NCBI RefSeq assembly: GCF_001194135.2
Contig: NC_068998.1
Coordinates: 54,856,534 to 54,920,533 of the forward strand
Direction of reading: 5' to 3'
From: Octopus bimaculoides
Taxonomy: Eukaryota
DNA: 64,000 bases
Numbering within the stretch: the stretch's first letter is position 1; every line of letters begins with the position of its first letter. Positions 49,401 through 64,000 of the stretch are shown in pieces. A program made the translations under genes and the position numbers. The notes under the pieces are model-generated. The model was not told the DNA's origin and did not search any database. It was given only the letters and a program-made list of their open reading frames with translations.

Positions 49401-50689
49401 TATGAGAGAGAGAGAGAGATGATGATGATGTATATGATGTTTTGGAGAAGGAATCTAAATTATAATTGAACTTTCGAGGCTGTGGTCGTGCCTTCTTGAG
49501 TGTTGGCCACTTTGTGGGTTGCTCCTTACGCTACGCCTCTTGGCTCCAAATCAACACCGATAGAGCAGACAATATCTCCTATGATCAAAAGTGTTCCAGC
49601 AATGACCATCACGTTTTTTTTTATTATTATTATTATTTGGCATACTACATGCATGGTTACATTGTCCAATATGTCTTTTTTAAATACCGTTGGTTGTTAG
49701 ATGTGATGGAGAATTGGGAGTGGAATTGGCTGCTATGTCTAGCTCATCGGTTGACTCCTCATCAACTCAAAGTGAATTGAGGATCGTTTCCTTTTATCTT
49801 CCATCCTGACCGATATATACACTCTTCTGACACTATTATTAATTAATTAATTAACCCATCGGTCCCTGTTGCTTCCCCACCAAACAACATATGTGATACG
49901 AAACTTTTTTTCCTCACCATTCATCATTGAATGCTTCTTCTTCTTCTCCCATCCGCCTCGAATCCCCTTCACACTTGATAGGTTTTTTTTTATATAAATA
50001 CATTTAAATATCCTACACTATCCACTATCAACATTGTTATTATTATTATTACATTAAACATGACCATAGTTTATTTCTTCCAATTGATTTCTGATCTTGT
50101 TGTCATGGTGCCTTCCTAAATCCTCATCTGATGCTGTTTTTCTTCTCCTCTCATCTTCTCCAAAATCATATTTTATTATATTTACGTCTCTCTTATCAAA
50201 ATATGCAACAATTCCTTTTTCTTTTCTACGGCAATAATTCAAATATAAACGTGGGTTTCAGTCGTTGTTTAACGGATAAGAATGGTTTACCTGGCAGTTG
50301 GTTGCCACTAAAACTAATAATTATTCTATCAATAAACAATGGTTTTCTTTTACCTTTTGAGTTTGGCAGGAACCAAAAGAACTGTAAAACAAAAGGAAAC
50401 CATTATTATCAAATGTTAAGGAATTGTTGCTGATGACTTGTGTATATTTGCTGTGAGTATTCATAGCTGTTTGATAAATAACAAGAGATAAAAAGTGAAA
50501 TCTATTCCTGAATATAAGATTAGATTAACACAGATAAATAAATATTTACAAAACAATTATTACAATAGAAATTTTATTTTATTTTATTACTGTGATAATA
50601 ATTCTAGGCTAAAATTATTAATGAAAATATGTGACCATCTTTTCGAATATCTATTTATCATGTATGTATACAAGAGATATACAATATAT

Positions 50690-50970
50690 ATGTATATACA
50701 ATGTATGTTTTTATGTGCATATGTATATAATATGTGTGTATATAATATGTATATATATGCATATAATATGTATGTATATGTATATATGTATGTATATGTA
50801 TATAATATGTATATATATGTATATAATACGTATATATGTATTATATACATGTATATATATGTATATATATATATGTATATGTATATAATACGTATATATA
50901 TGTATATAATATGTATGTATAGGTATATAATATGTGTACAATATGTATATAATAATTATAGGATATATGC
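50690..50970. repeat. Degenerate (TA/TG) low-complexity satellite
   Basis: Repeating TATATGTATATAATATG-type units. Confidence 0.85.
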
Positions 50971-53900
50971 ATGTATATGATATAGGCTAAGATCAGGGTC
51001 TAATATCTATTCTCATCAGTTTAAAGTATATGTAGAATGTATATATGTATATGCGTGTATAATATATAAGTATACTAATGTATGTATAATAAAAATAAAA
51101 ACAATGATATGGAACAGTTTTGCTTGTGTGTTTGAACGCCGTGTCGTTTTATCAGTAAACGGGTTCTGGTGTCGGAATTGGTCTGAAGAAACGTCTTGAC
51201 ATCAAAACTGTCTTTAAAATACCTTGCTTTGAAAAGACCCTTTATCCTGAAAGAGACGGGGACAACAGGAAAAAACAAGTAATATCGATATTCTAATAAT
51301 ATTTATTTAATGGTTTGTTTTATATTCGGTCAACAAGTTGTGACCTTGTTCTTGTTTGTTGTGAATTCTGGCGGAACATTGAGGAATTTGTTATTTATTT
51401 TAAAGAAGGAAGCAATGGATATTCGTTGATTTTTATTTTGCTTTTATTTTGTCTTTGACGATAGAATTTAGTCGGAAATGTATGTTTACCATTTCCACTG
51501 TCAGCCCTGCTTAGAGCTTGTTACTTCATGCCCAGACGTTTAAGTGCATATATATATATATATANNNNNNNNNNNNNNNNNNNNNNNNNNNNNNNNNNNN
51601 NNNNNNNNNNNNNNNNNNNNNNNNNNNNNNNNNNNNNNNNNNNNNNNNNNNNNNNNNNNNNNNNNNNNNNNNNNNNNNNNNNNNNNNNNNNNNNNNNNNN
51701 NNNNNNNNNNNNNNNNNNNNNNNNNNNNNNNNNNNNNNNNNNNNNNNNNNNNNNNNNNNNNNNNNNNNNNNNNNNNNNNNNNNNNNNNNNNNNNNNNNNN
51801 NNNNNNNNNNNNNNNNNNNNNNNNNNNNNNNNNNNNNNNNNNNNNNNNNNNNNNNNNNNNNNNNNNNNNNNNNNNNNNNNNNNNNNNNNNNNNNNNNNNN
51901 NNNNNNNNNNNNNNNNNNNNNNNNNNNNNNNNNNNNNNNNNNNNNNNNNNNNNNNNNNNNNNNNNNNNNNNNNNNNNNNNNNNNNNNNNNNNNNNNNNNN
52001 NNNNNNNNNNNNNNNNNNNNNNNNNNNNNNNNNNNNNNNNNNNNNNNNNNNNNNNNNNNNNNNNNNNNNNNNNNNNNNNNNNNNNNNNNNNNNNNNNNNN
52101 NNNNNNNNNNNNNNNNNNNNNNNNNNNNNNNNNNNNNNNNNNNNNNNNNNNNNNNNNNNNNNNNNNNNNNNNNNNNNNNNNNNNNNNNNAATAATTCGTA
52201 TAATAACTTAATATATATGAGTTGAGTATAATATAAATATTAATAATAGTTCTGTTTTACAGCCACCATCGTTTAATGCATTTTATTTGGCATCAAATCA
52301 GGAATCGATGAGATCCCTCCTGTTGCCTTCTCCGAAAATGTGCTGCCTTTTGGGCCTAAATTAGAAATTATTATTTTTATCATTATTATTATTTGTGTGG
52401 TCTTGTGTCTAAATTAGTGCTTTTTTGATAGGGGATGCCGCTTGAAATACCAGCGTGGAATAAAGAATTATAATAATTTAGACTCAATGCCGTAGAAATA
52501 GCAACAAGGATAACGATTTTTTTTTTCTCGTAAACATTTCGTGGACAATAAAGGAATCATCATAATTGTTATTTGTGTCTATTATTATCATTTCGATGCT
52601 TTCTTGGTTAATTTAAGAAGTGACCCTTATTCAAAAAAGCACATGTATCTAATGCTGCGCATTTGTTTGACATTTCAACAACAGCTGTGAATTTCACTTC
52701 CTATTTTATTAATGTCTGTCCAAGTACCAGTCATGTTACTGGAATATATGGAGATTCGATTTAATCGTCGTCTTCTGTAGAACACCCTCGACATTTGAAT
52801 TTTGTATCAGTGAGAAATCAATAGAATTTGTTTTTGTTCAATTCTAAAGGAAATTCACCCTTCCTTTACGTAGGCAAGCTTTGGCTCTCGTTTCCCATCC
52901 ATTATTAGCAGCAACAGAGAGACATGGTGATGTTGGAACTCATTGTCTTTGCTTCATCAACTTTCTTGGCATTCACAATAATTACCACTTTTAAAACATT
53001 AAAATTAAGATTGGAACCTCAACGCCAATACCACCACCTACTACCACACACACACACACACACAGTTTAAATCTTTCTAAATCGATTTGACTGAAATATT
53101 TAAAACTTTTAATTCAATGCTGTCACTTCCTTCTTTGAATCTATTTTTTCTCTCTCGAGTAAAATCAAATAAGCTCATGATTTTTGCCAATTTTCTTTCC
53201 CTGAGATTTATTTAACTCCAGGTCAGCTTTGATCGAACCCATCCCTGATCAAAGGCATTCCGGCTGTGACGTTGTCATCTTTTTTCTCTATTACGGCTAA
53301 TATTGTCCAATGAATCTTTATTCAAGACATTCAGGTGTTTTGCCAAGTCGGACGAGCTGGTTGGCTCGTTTCTATTTTATTTGTTTAATGCAGTGTGAAA
53401 ATATTTATGGGGATCGAGCTGTCGGCTTTTACTGTCGTCATTTCTTCAAATATTAATTCTAACCACTTCTCTCGCTCCTCTCTCTCTAACTTATATATGT
53501 GTGTGTGTGTGTGTGCATGTACATATATGTGTGTGTGTGTGTGTATATATGTATACATGTGTGTATATATATATTTATGTGTGTATATATATATTTATAT
53601 ATGTATATATATATATATATATANNNNNNNNNNNNNNNNNNNNNNNNNNNNNNNNNNNNNNNNNNNNNNNNNNNNNNNNNNNNNNNNNNNNNNNNNNNNN
53701 NNNNNNNNNNNNNNNNNNNNNNNTGTGTGTGTGTGCGTGTATACACAGATTTTTTTCTTGAAAGTAAAATGAGACATCTTGATGTACATTTTGGTAAAAA
53801 TATAATCAGACATAACAAGTTTGATAATGTTTATATATTTTCCAAAATTTAGTCTTCTTCCACCTTCGTTGTGTGTGTGTTTAAATGAGAATATTCTCCA

Positions 53901-54479
53901 AAGATCCGTGTCTCCCCTGCAAATTGAGGAGGTCATTGTGTTCGTTGAATGCCTTAATGCACCTCCCCACCCTTATCCATTCTGTTTATTCAATTTATGT
54001 AGGTTAACCTGAGTATGATTGTAATTTTTAGGTTTTGTATTTTCAAAATCTTTATTTTGCTATTTTGTTTTTCGCTTCTTTTATTTTTCAATTTGTGGAA
54101 CATCCTCCATGTATTCTTTACTTTTGTAATCAATATTGTTTTCCACCTGCATTTGTGTTGCTAATTTGAAATAAACGACTACTTGTTGATTTTGGATATT
54201 ATCTGAAAATAAAGAAAAAAATGATCTTGGGATAGATTTATCAAATGTCTGGCTTTTTTGTATTATCGATGCTTGCTGTGAGTTTATATCGTAACATGTA
54301 AAATTGTTGGTTTCTTACCTGAGAACAATCTTTGTAGGAAAGGTGTGTAATCAACTACATTGACACTCGTTTCAGTTTATGCTGAAACACTGCCATGAAC
54401 AATTTCAGTCAACTCCAGGATTTATTTTCTAAAGTCTGCTACTTATTCTATCAATCTCCTTTTTGCCGAACCGCTAGGT

Positions 54480-54920
54480 TATGGGGGGACATAAACCTCC
54501 GTCTGTGTAGGAAATGAACCATGGCTTGGAAACAGTGGTCATCTGATGCTGTAAGGTGTGGACTGTAGGTAAGGTGAGAAAGCCCTTCTAGACCCTCAAG
54601 TTTGCTCTTGGCAGTGTGTGCTGGAGCATTGTTATACTGTAAGGAGTGTTTTTGATTGACCAATGTGAGGTAACGAGCTTTCAAAGCATCATATAGTTGC
54701 TGCAGTTGTTAGTGTCAGCAGCATGACCATCTGGGACAAGCTCAAAGTGCAACATCCTTTCGAAATTCCACCAAACACAGTTTGACCTTCTGTTCAAACT
54801 GCCCTTGTTTGACAACAGGTTCTGAAGCCTGGCCAGAATGAAACTACTGATTTTTCTTATTAGGATTACAAAAATAGATCTTCTTTTTTTTTTCATCCCC
54901 ATTTACAATTCAGTGTCAAA
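54480..54920 (-). mobile_element. Degenerate mariner transposase catalytic-domain remnant
   Basis: WWNFERMLHFELVPDG, QYNNAPAHTA and HLTYSPHLTASDDHCF resemble the mariner WW..G..H.EL, HDNARPH and HPPYSPDLAPSDY motifs; multiple frameshifts. Confidence 0.8.
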
Positions 54921-55691
54921 AATCAGCATCTTGAGGTCTAAAGAGTTGTCAAAGATGATTCTACCTTGGTGTATGGAAAGGAAGTGTTAATCTTGTTGTT
55001 GAACAGGAATTAAAAGGCAATAATGAGGATTATCATCATTATTGGTCTTAATGATATCTCAACTGGTGTAATTTTCTAGTTGAAATGTGATTGTTGTATG
55101 GTTTATATATTTGAAGAAAATCCAGATTTCGCTCACCATATGTTACCATCCACACTTTTAATTGATCATTAGTAAAATGTTATTTCTTTATCATTATAAA
55201 ATGTAGAAATATTTTGAAAAATATTTTTGTCATATTGTCAATTAATAAGAGGGATGGGGAAACTGACAAAAACATAATGAGCTGCAGTAATACAATGTTA
55301 ATTAGTAACTGGTTGTTTGCAAAATCTCACTTTAAATTTTCTAGATTATTAACCCCATGAGACATAATAGTGATGAGATTCAAGTATTGGAGGACTGGTC
55401 TAAACGGTTTGGAGTTCAAATCTTGTAACTGTCATTATGCTGTTCTCAAGTCCAGCCTCCAACTCCACTCGTTTCAGTTTACCACATTTGAGAAAAAAAA
55501 AATCATTTACTCATTCCCAATAGGAAGGCCATTTTAGTATAGAAACGATTTCTCCACCAAATAAATCATCTCACCCTTGCAAGAATGAGTTTAAAATTAT
55601 TCTTATTTGCTTTTTCTGTTTCAATATTGTTTCAGTCAGTCACTAGGTGCCTTAGTCTTCTCTTTCCTTCCTTCTTTCTCCCTCTCTCTCC

Positions 55692-55810
<119 letters not shown>

Positions 55811-58800
55811 TTAGGTGTGAATTGCAAACCATGTCTTATGTAAAACATTTTTTGGTTTTTATTGCAAAGAATTGTCTTGTTTGATACAAAGCAGAATTTG
55901 GCAGGTTAAGTAAATCATGAGCTCCAGCAAATCTCACCCGAAACAACTATATATATTTTTTAAATTGACAGCTTGCTATTATTTTAAGATAAAAGTTGAC
56001 CTTAGATTACCATAATTGTGCTACTTTTAATATTTGGGTGATTGATGACTAATGTTATAGCATGTATAATTGTAACTAATTGGCAACCAATGAAGTATGT
56101 TTGGTTCTTTAGAAGTGTTGTAGTGTCTGAGACATCAGTGATGTATTTCCATTCACAAAAATGGTAGCAATTTGATAAAACTGACTGCAGATATTGATAG
56201 TTGCTGCAATCAATTAATGGCAATAATATAAAGATTATTTATAAGTTTATATAGTTTTAAATGTATTGATAAAATATATTGAATTGGCTATAACAAGCTT
56301 GATGAAGTGATTTGCTATGAAACTATATTGAAGTGTAGCTGTTTAATAAAATGTCTCAATAAAAAAAAGTACGAATGATTCAGAGTAGACAAATGTGCTT
56401 GAAAAGGTTCTTTCCAATTGTTTGATGTCACAGTATAAACAGTGATTCCATCATTCACTGTAATACAAGGAAGAATGAAAGATTCTTAACCATGGTTCAA
56501 AGCAATTTTGTATGAATGGGGATTGAGGTTGCCATAACGATTTTTCTATGGCAAGTTTACAATCACTGTATTCTTATTACAAGAGCGATATAAAGAACAG
56601 CTTTAGATTAGCAAATGCACTGTCCGAGAGGATAAGCTATGCTGCCTCTTAAAACATTGAAACCATGACCAGATTTATTTGTCTTAAAAAAAGCAAATTT
56701 TGCAAAGCTCAAGAAAACTTATAGCAGTCTGTTATAAAAAGATTCATTTAATTGAAGGTTGCATTCTAAGTTGTAAAGGATGAAATTTCAGTTTCAAAAA
56801 CTCTTTGTCCATTCTGGTATAGCTTTTTCCCATTCAAGTCTTAGACTTGCAAATGGAGGAGGAGGAGGAGGAGTGTGTACAAAGCTCATTTCTCTTCCAT
56901 ACTTTGTTCTTTTGAGTGACAGTCCTCTCTAGCACTCCAAATATGGGTTACATAAAACGTAATGGTGTGTGGGATCATCATCATCATTTGACATGGGTCT
57001 TCCATGCTGGCATGGGCCTGGATGGTCTGACAGGAGCTGGTAAGCCAGAGAGCTGCCCCAAATTCCACTGTCTGCTTTGGTGTGGTTTCTATTGTTGGAT
57101 GCCCTTCCTAATGTCAGTCACTTTACACAGAGTGTAGTGGGTGCTTTTTACGTGGCACCATCACTACTGCTTCTTATGTAGCACCAGCACTAACTAGCAG
57201 GGTCACCAAGTAAGTTGCAAGATGACAACCTCTTGGTTGGGAGAGGGAGTGGTACTGAGAAAGGTGGCTTTTTACCAATTGAGAGATAGAGTATAATAGA
57301 GGGATAGAGATAGGTGTCTTACCATAAAGAGGAAGAGAAAGGAGTGGAAGAGAGACAGTGAGAGAAAGAAATAGATGGTGTAGGAGATGCATTAGGGGCA
57401 TACCCACAAGGTACAGAGAGGGGATAGAAGGGGATGTGTCGATAAGAGTGTGAAGGGAAATGTTTAGAGAGGAGGTAGAGGTGACTAGCAAGTAATGGTG
57501 AGAGAAATTAGAATGGCTGGGGGTAGGACTGTGTAGATATGTGAAGGACAGAGAGTGTTTCTGTGCGTATGAAAAAAATAAATTGCAAATTAGGTAAATC
57601 CCTGCTTTGATGAGACATGTAAATATAGTTATACAAAGATATTTTACTAAAATCAAACCAACTGGTAATTTAGGCAAGGATCATTTATCTCAATCTGTAG
57701 TTTTATTTGAATAGATTGACCCTGTTTCAAAATATTGAGAAAAGGCTGTACAACTTTTTCCTTCTCACAAGTCCATGAAATTGAACCAATCATTTAATTG
57801 TACAATTCAATGACTGGTCTGTAGGGCTTGGTGTATATGCATTCATGTACTTGTACAATACACTAATAGTTTGTGTGTGTAACCTAATATTGTTTATATC
57901 AACTGGAGCAGAGCTGGATAGCACACTGACATGCTCAGTAACATTTCACAGTAAAAGTATGAATAACTTTCTATAAAAACAAATTAGAGCAAAAGGCAAG
58001 CTTCTTAGTTGGCCTATTTGAATATATATCCACGATTTGGTATGAAAGAAAATGGTAAACTTCAAAAGAAAGTTGTCTTTCTACCTGCAAATGCTAAATT
58101 GATAGGATGTAATCAATGCTGTTTCCAGCAAACTCATCAAATGGTGGATTGCTAATTGAATTTAAATTGACAGTTTTTCACATAGGGAATATATGAGATT
58201 GATTTTGCAAGCAATCTGATTCTGTTCAATTCCCTTGTACATGCAACAACTGAATATTTAATAACTTAATGACAGACATGTTTCTAGATGAAGTGATTAT
58301 GTTGCCACCATCTTTTAAGAAACAGACAAAAGCCTATAATCTCTTGACATGCTAGAAATAGCAGCCAAATCTGTCTTAAATTTTAAAAAAATTTTAACTT
58401 TTTAAAAAGGATACATTGGATAATGTAGTCCAGAGCAGTCAGTGCCTTAAAAAAACTGGTTAGTTATAACTGATCAGAGCTGAAACAACACATGGTGTAC
58501 ATGTAGTTTACTTATGTTCACATCGAAGTTTTGCCCAACTAAAAAAAAACAGAATGAGTTTCAGCTATGGCATTCAAAACCATTCCATCAAGAATTTTGT
58601 TCAAAGACATTCAAGCCAAGATTTTATTCTGTACTAAGAAGAGCACAAGAGTTTAGTAATTACCACAATCAGATTTCCCACGTTTTGGAAGAGCTGTTTC
58701 CTTCTTTTGTATCAGAGTTGAATTGTCCAAAATAAAATGCATTAAATTATAAAGCATGTATTTAATCTTCAACTTTTGACTTCTGAACAAGAATCCCTTC

Positions 58801-59560
58801 AGTTCCACATGATTTTTTTTTTTTTTTTTGCTTGTGTTGAGGTTTTCAAGTAAAATGTTCATTGGTCCCCATTTAATTTCCTTAGATTCTCTGAGCAATA
58901 AGTGAACACATGTTGATATTTTTATGATGGTTTTAATTCCTCCATAAGGGATACAAAAAACACATATAAAATTACTAAATTTCTGGGATCTTTTCCATCT
59001 CAGATTTTTGCTTGAGATGGAAAAGATCTAATTTCTGTTGATACAACAATGGTTAAGTAAATAGCAAACTAACTTAATTACAAATGAATGATTTCCAATT
59101 ACAAATGATACTGTAAATGAAACCTGAATTTTGTGCTTTATTGATTTCAGAAAGGTTTTAGTTATGGATGGAATGTTTTCAAACGGTTGGAATATCCTGT
59201 TCATCTTATTTGACCATTGCATTATGCAATGGAAGCTTGGCTACAGATTAACAGCTAATTTTCACTGCCATAGTGAAAAAGACTCGTACTAGTTTCTACA
59301 TTTTAACAGTTTTAGAAACAATATATTTTATTGCAGGACAATTTATTTCTCAATATAGATCAGGAGTAACAACGAAATTCTTTCAGCTTATTTCTTCATT
59401 GTGTATTGAATTAATTTGGTTCTGATCATTTATGAAGAATGCAGAAGTGCAAGAAATAGCTGTCTTAATAAGACAGACAAATCACTTGGATAAAAAATAA
59501 GAAAACGTAATGGATTCTGATCTGATTAAAAACCCATTGAACCACTTGTTTGAGAGAGAG

Positions 59561-59612
<52 letters not shown>

Positions 59613-61274
59613 AGGGAGGCACGCACGGAGCTAAACTTATTCACTTTATTGATTTTTTAATGTTATCATGGTATATTGTCATATGAAATACACTGTGTCA
59701 ATTTATTTTGAAAATGATAAAGAATTTGGAGGGATTTTGTATAAAAGAACATTGCTATTTATTGCTATATTAATCTGGTGCTTAGATCATGCATAACAAA
59801 AGTTCTTTGATTAAATTATGATGAGGAGATTTTGTATCGAAGAACCAGAGGCCAGTTGTTAGGTGGTGGTGGTGGTGGTGGTGGTAGAATACATGTTTCT
59901 TTTGGTAAGCTTCATCTGCAAATGATACAAACTCACCATTAAAGATGCTAATATTTCTAAATATTCTTGTCTTTTGAACCATAATTAAGTCTACGAACAA
60001 TGGATTAATAATAGACTCAAATATTTCTGATAGAAGTTCTCTGAAGTGGATCACTTTCACTCATGATTCTGAAATCCTTACTGGAATATTGGGTTTATGA
60101 TCATCAACTGTTTCTTTAAGTGATTTTGGTTGCAGAATAATAAAAGACTTCTAAGCTGTTCTTTTATAGATAAACTAATATAATACTCAGATATAAAACC
60201 CTATAATTTTTTATTCTACTTTTAGTAATTTCTCACTTATTTTCTTGTTTCATTTCCTCTCCTCACCTCACTGCATTTTTCACATGCTGGCTTTTGCTCT
60301 CTCCTATCTTTTTTTTTTTTTATCTAATTTACTCTTTTTTTATGTTTCCTTTTCTTTCACCACTCTCAGCACAGCCACTGTCTTTTCATTCCATATGATG
60401 ATGATGATTATTATTATGAAAAGAAGACCAGAAAAAAAAAATCAAGCCTTTGGCTTGGCATTTTACATTATATATAAGTCTAGCAATTAAAAATGTCATT
60501 TCAGGATCAAAAATGAAATTGTAGTAATTAATAAAAATGGAAAAAAATGACCCAATGGAAGTTTTATTTGAAAGATGAAGATTTTAGTATTTTTGTTTCA
60601 GAATATCTGATTAATTCATTTGTTTGTTGTGGGTTAATTATAAAAACAATATTGACAATGATGGGTTTGGAGAGATCTAAGTGTGATTTATCCTAAAAGA
60701 CAGTTAATTGTTTGGTTGGAAATGTTATCAATGTTACTCATCCTGTATTGATAGGATAATCAACAAGAAACCTGACTGAATTAGACTAAATGAGTTTTTA
60801 TGTCAATATACACAAGTACAACAAATATTTGTTCATATCTCACTTTGTCATTGTATATTCATTGCACAATGAAACTATGTGGATGGAAGACCAGTGTTCA
60901 ACAGGTAATGAATGATGTCAGATCATTGAAAATACATTTTAAGAAATTTTTATCCTTAGATTATATTTCTCAGCAAATTAAATTCAGAACTCTAAATGGT
61001 TTTGGAGATTTAGTGCTGGATTTTGAATTTCCTTATGAAAAATTTGAAGAGCTGTGTGGTTAAATTCTTTTAGCAACAATGTGCTTCTGGGTTCAATCTC
61101 AGTGTGTGGCACTTTTTAGTGTCTTATGTCACAGCCCCATGTTGACCATCATGTTGTAATTCAATAGAGGGAAACTGTGGAAGCCTATTGCATTTTATAT
61201 ATACACATGTACACACTGTCCTTAGGCCAAATGTTTATTTTAATTAAATACTGTCTCAGTTGCATATACCAGAT

Positions 61275-61316
<42 letters not shown>

Positions 61317-64000
61317 TCAATGAGAGATTGCTAATAAACTGATGTGTCAAGCAGTAATTTCAAATTTTATCTCATTCAATAAACTAAACTACCAGACAAA
61401 TACCGACATAAGTCAACTAAACCCCGTCAAGGCAGTGCCCCCAGTATTGCTCTACTGCAAGAGCTAAAAGAAATGAAAAAAGAAATATATTTAATCTTGG
61501 ATAGTAAATGTCAAGTTAACACAATGGTGAGCATGAAGTAAAATTTGGTTCCTAAAATCCTGGAAGGAATCTGCTGACCTAATGCCATAAATGATGAATC
61601 TTGTGAAGTAGGTGTTTGGTTCTTGATGAACCGAGTCTGTGATTACATTCTGATTTCTAACTACAAATAATTCACTTTAATTATAATGGCCTCTTGTTTC
61701 TTAATTCTATTGAAGCCATATTTTATTTAAAAATAAATCACAAGCAATGTACTCTGGTTATTGAGTTAATGCATTGGATGAAAATAAAATTAACAGAATA
61801 TAAGGAAATTATAGATTGTCTAAATTACGTAGCCTAGTTACAGCAGTTATAAATAGAACTTTACCAATATTCAATGAAATTTGTTGAATATTTGCTAAGA
61901 TCACTTAGCAGCCAGGTCAGGTGAATAAGTTTCACTGTCATATTTCCCTCAACTATTGCATCTCCTTTTAATTCGGTTTGTTTATTTAACCAGTCTTTAC
62001 CTAAATTTGTAGCTTGTGGTTCAGCTCTTTCTTGTAAGTTGTTTAGCTCAAGACCCTGCCAACAGAAATGGATTATGCTGTTCACTTAATTAGTTATTAA
62101 TAACTAATTGTCATTAATAAGTAATTAAATACTTTTTGTGTAGCTAAACAAAATAAATAGTTATTATGGAAGGGATCTTGTTATTAAATGTCTAAAATTC
62201 CAAATTTCTCTAAGCCATACAAGTTTGAAAAGTAAACGCTTTGTGAATAATAATGAAAAGAATAAAATCTTTTATTTGCCTTTGATTATTAAAACTTTAT
62301 CTCCCTCTATAAATATCATGGTAAAGTGAGAGAATGGGTTGAAATTTTAATTTCAAGCCCATCCAGCATTGTTGTTTTTGCTATATTCTGCTGGTTTAAC
62401 AAGAAATAGCTATTTTGTGGCTATGTGACTAAATGTATATCAATTATTTCAGAACTGTTAATTTAAGCAATTATCTAACACTCTCATCTGCCATCCGGAC
62501 TGACTCGCTCAGTCGAGCCACTCTGGTTCATCTGCTGACTGACTGAACTTTCTTAATCATCATAATGTAACAATTCAGCGACAGCTGCAGTTAGAATGTC
62601 CTGACTTAATGAAATCATTCCTTCATCTTTATTGATGAGATATGAACCAGGTGCAAACGTTATTATGTCCCTAACCAGTAACTCTATATGTACGCTTTTC
62701 ACTTTTGAAGAATACAGGTACAGCATTTATGCATTTCCCCCACCCCCACCCCCACCCACTTTCATCTTTGTCCTCTCGTTTTACTGGCAGAGATGCATTA
62801 TGAATATTACATTGCTCTACTGAGATGAACAGCTATTCTAAAATGGTGACGGTTCTGAGTCTGGATGAAAATTTCTCTTGTGTACAACAGATCTTCAAAA
62901 TATTGAGAAGTTGAGATGCATGGAAGAATACTGCATTGTTGGTTTTGCCAAAAATCTACCCCAAAGGATTTTGTCTGACCTATGCAAGCATTGGAAAAGT
63001 AGATGCTAAAGCCATGATCATGATGATGTTGCTTGGATAGTGACATTCCACCCATGTCGGCATAGACAAATTGGAAACGAATGTATAGACTTTTGTTACC
63101 ATTTGACCTCAATATGTCCCTTCTAAGTCTGAACCCTGCCAATCTTGATTTTTGCCTCTTGTTCCCCAACTCCCATACCTGGGCCTGTATTGAAAAAATA
63201 AGTATCACTAGTCAACTACTTGACTCGATTGAATTAACCGTTTACTCTTTCAACATTGGCACCATTCTGCCTAAGTGGCAATAATTAAACCAAGCATTTG
63301 TTTTGCACTTTTTCTAGGTTAAATTAAGTGAAATTTAACTACTTGTTTTAGCCTGTTTAATACAATTGTTGTCTATTCCATATTAGCTTGTAATGGTGGT
63401 GTAAAATAATATTAGTTTTGAAACGCTCTTCCCTCAACACTTGTTATCTGACCCATTAATTTCAACTTCATCTTGCTTTAATAGTTGATTCTTTGTGCTA
63501 GTTTTAAGGCTTAATTTTTATTTACTTACGACAAATTATGCCTGAAATGTTTACTTAATTGCCTATTCCCATTGTGCTAAACAGTTTAAATGAAGATGCT
63601 TTAGTGCATAAGCAACGATGCTGAGAAATTCAGGCCACAAAATGTATTAAAATCACTGATGTCTGAATGCTTATTAATAATTATAAATAACCAGGGTTGT
63701 TTTTAAAAAGGTTTTGAATTGTAAATTTGTAATAGAATTTTTATGTTGACACTGCTTAGAAGTAAATATGTACTTCTAACTGTGCGTGTGCATGTGTGTG
63801 TGTATACAGGGTATGATGGGTGAATTGTTGCCATTTTAGATTTTTTATTTTGTGCATTGTTTGCTTTTGATTTTGTCGACTACATAGTATAGTAGGGCCA
63901 GTTGGGCACCGTCTGTGAGAAAAACAGCACCATGACACAATTCACTTTGCCAGAAACTTGGAAATAACATGCTGTACTGCTTGGCATTCGTACTGGAAGC

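Noticed and set aside
59151-59290. FSNGWNILF peptide reminiscent of an ion-channel S2-S3 motif
   Set aside because: Lacks the conserved D after WNIL, is followed by a stop and has no supporting exons.
62807-63208. 133-aa minus ORF with a weak CUB-like phrase (SNGNKSLYIRF)
   Set aside because: No other CUB features and a non-ATG start; likely chance.

Overview
AT-rich, microsatellite-dense eukaryotic genomic DNA with 7 N-gaps. The SINE families and repeat style suggest an Octopus-like coleoid cephalopod (inference). Two spliced protein-coding genes lie head-to-head. (1) Minus strand: the 5' part of the ciliary coiled-coil gene CFAP58/CCDC147, 8 phase-consistent exons between 11255 and 1063, continuing past the left edge. 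(2) Plus strand: an apparently complete HMG20A-like gene, with a likely non-coding first exon at ~20200-20399 and 10 coding exons at 23834-34910 (~350 aa). Between them (19.7-20.4 kb) is a promoter-like segment with an RFX X-box, an ETS site and a YY1 site. The rest is introns and intergenic DNA packed with tRNA-derived SINEs, degenerate CR1, RTE, R4-like and Penelope retroelements, two mariner remnants and piggyBac-like MITEs. A CpG-richer, first-exon-like block at ~46.5-49.1 kb has no identifiable product. Best leads: a tandemly duplicated CFAP58 N-terminal exon with conserved intronic flanks; a candidate frame-preserving 327-nt cassette exon in HMG20A; stacked Met-Glu-stop uORFs in the HMG20A leader; and the shared ciliary/housekeeping promoter. 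No CRISPR array, rRNA or convincing tRNA gene was seen. All homology calls come from my recall of protein families, not from database searches.
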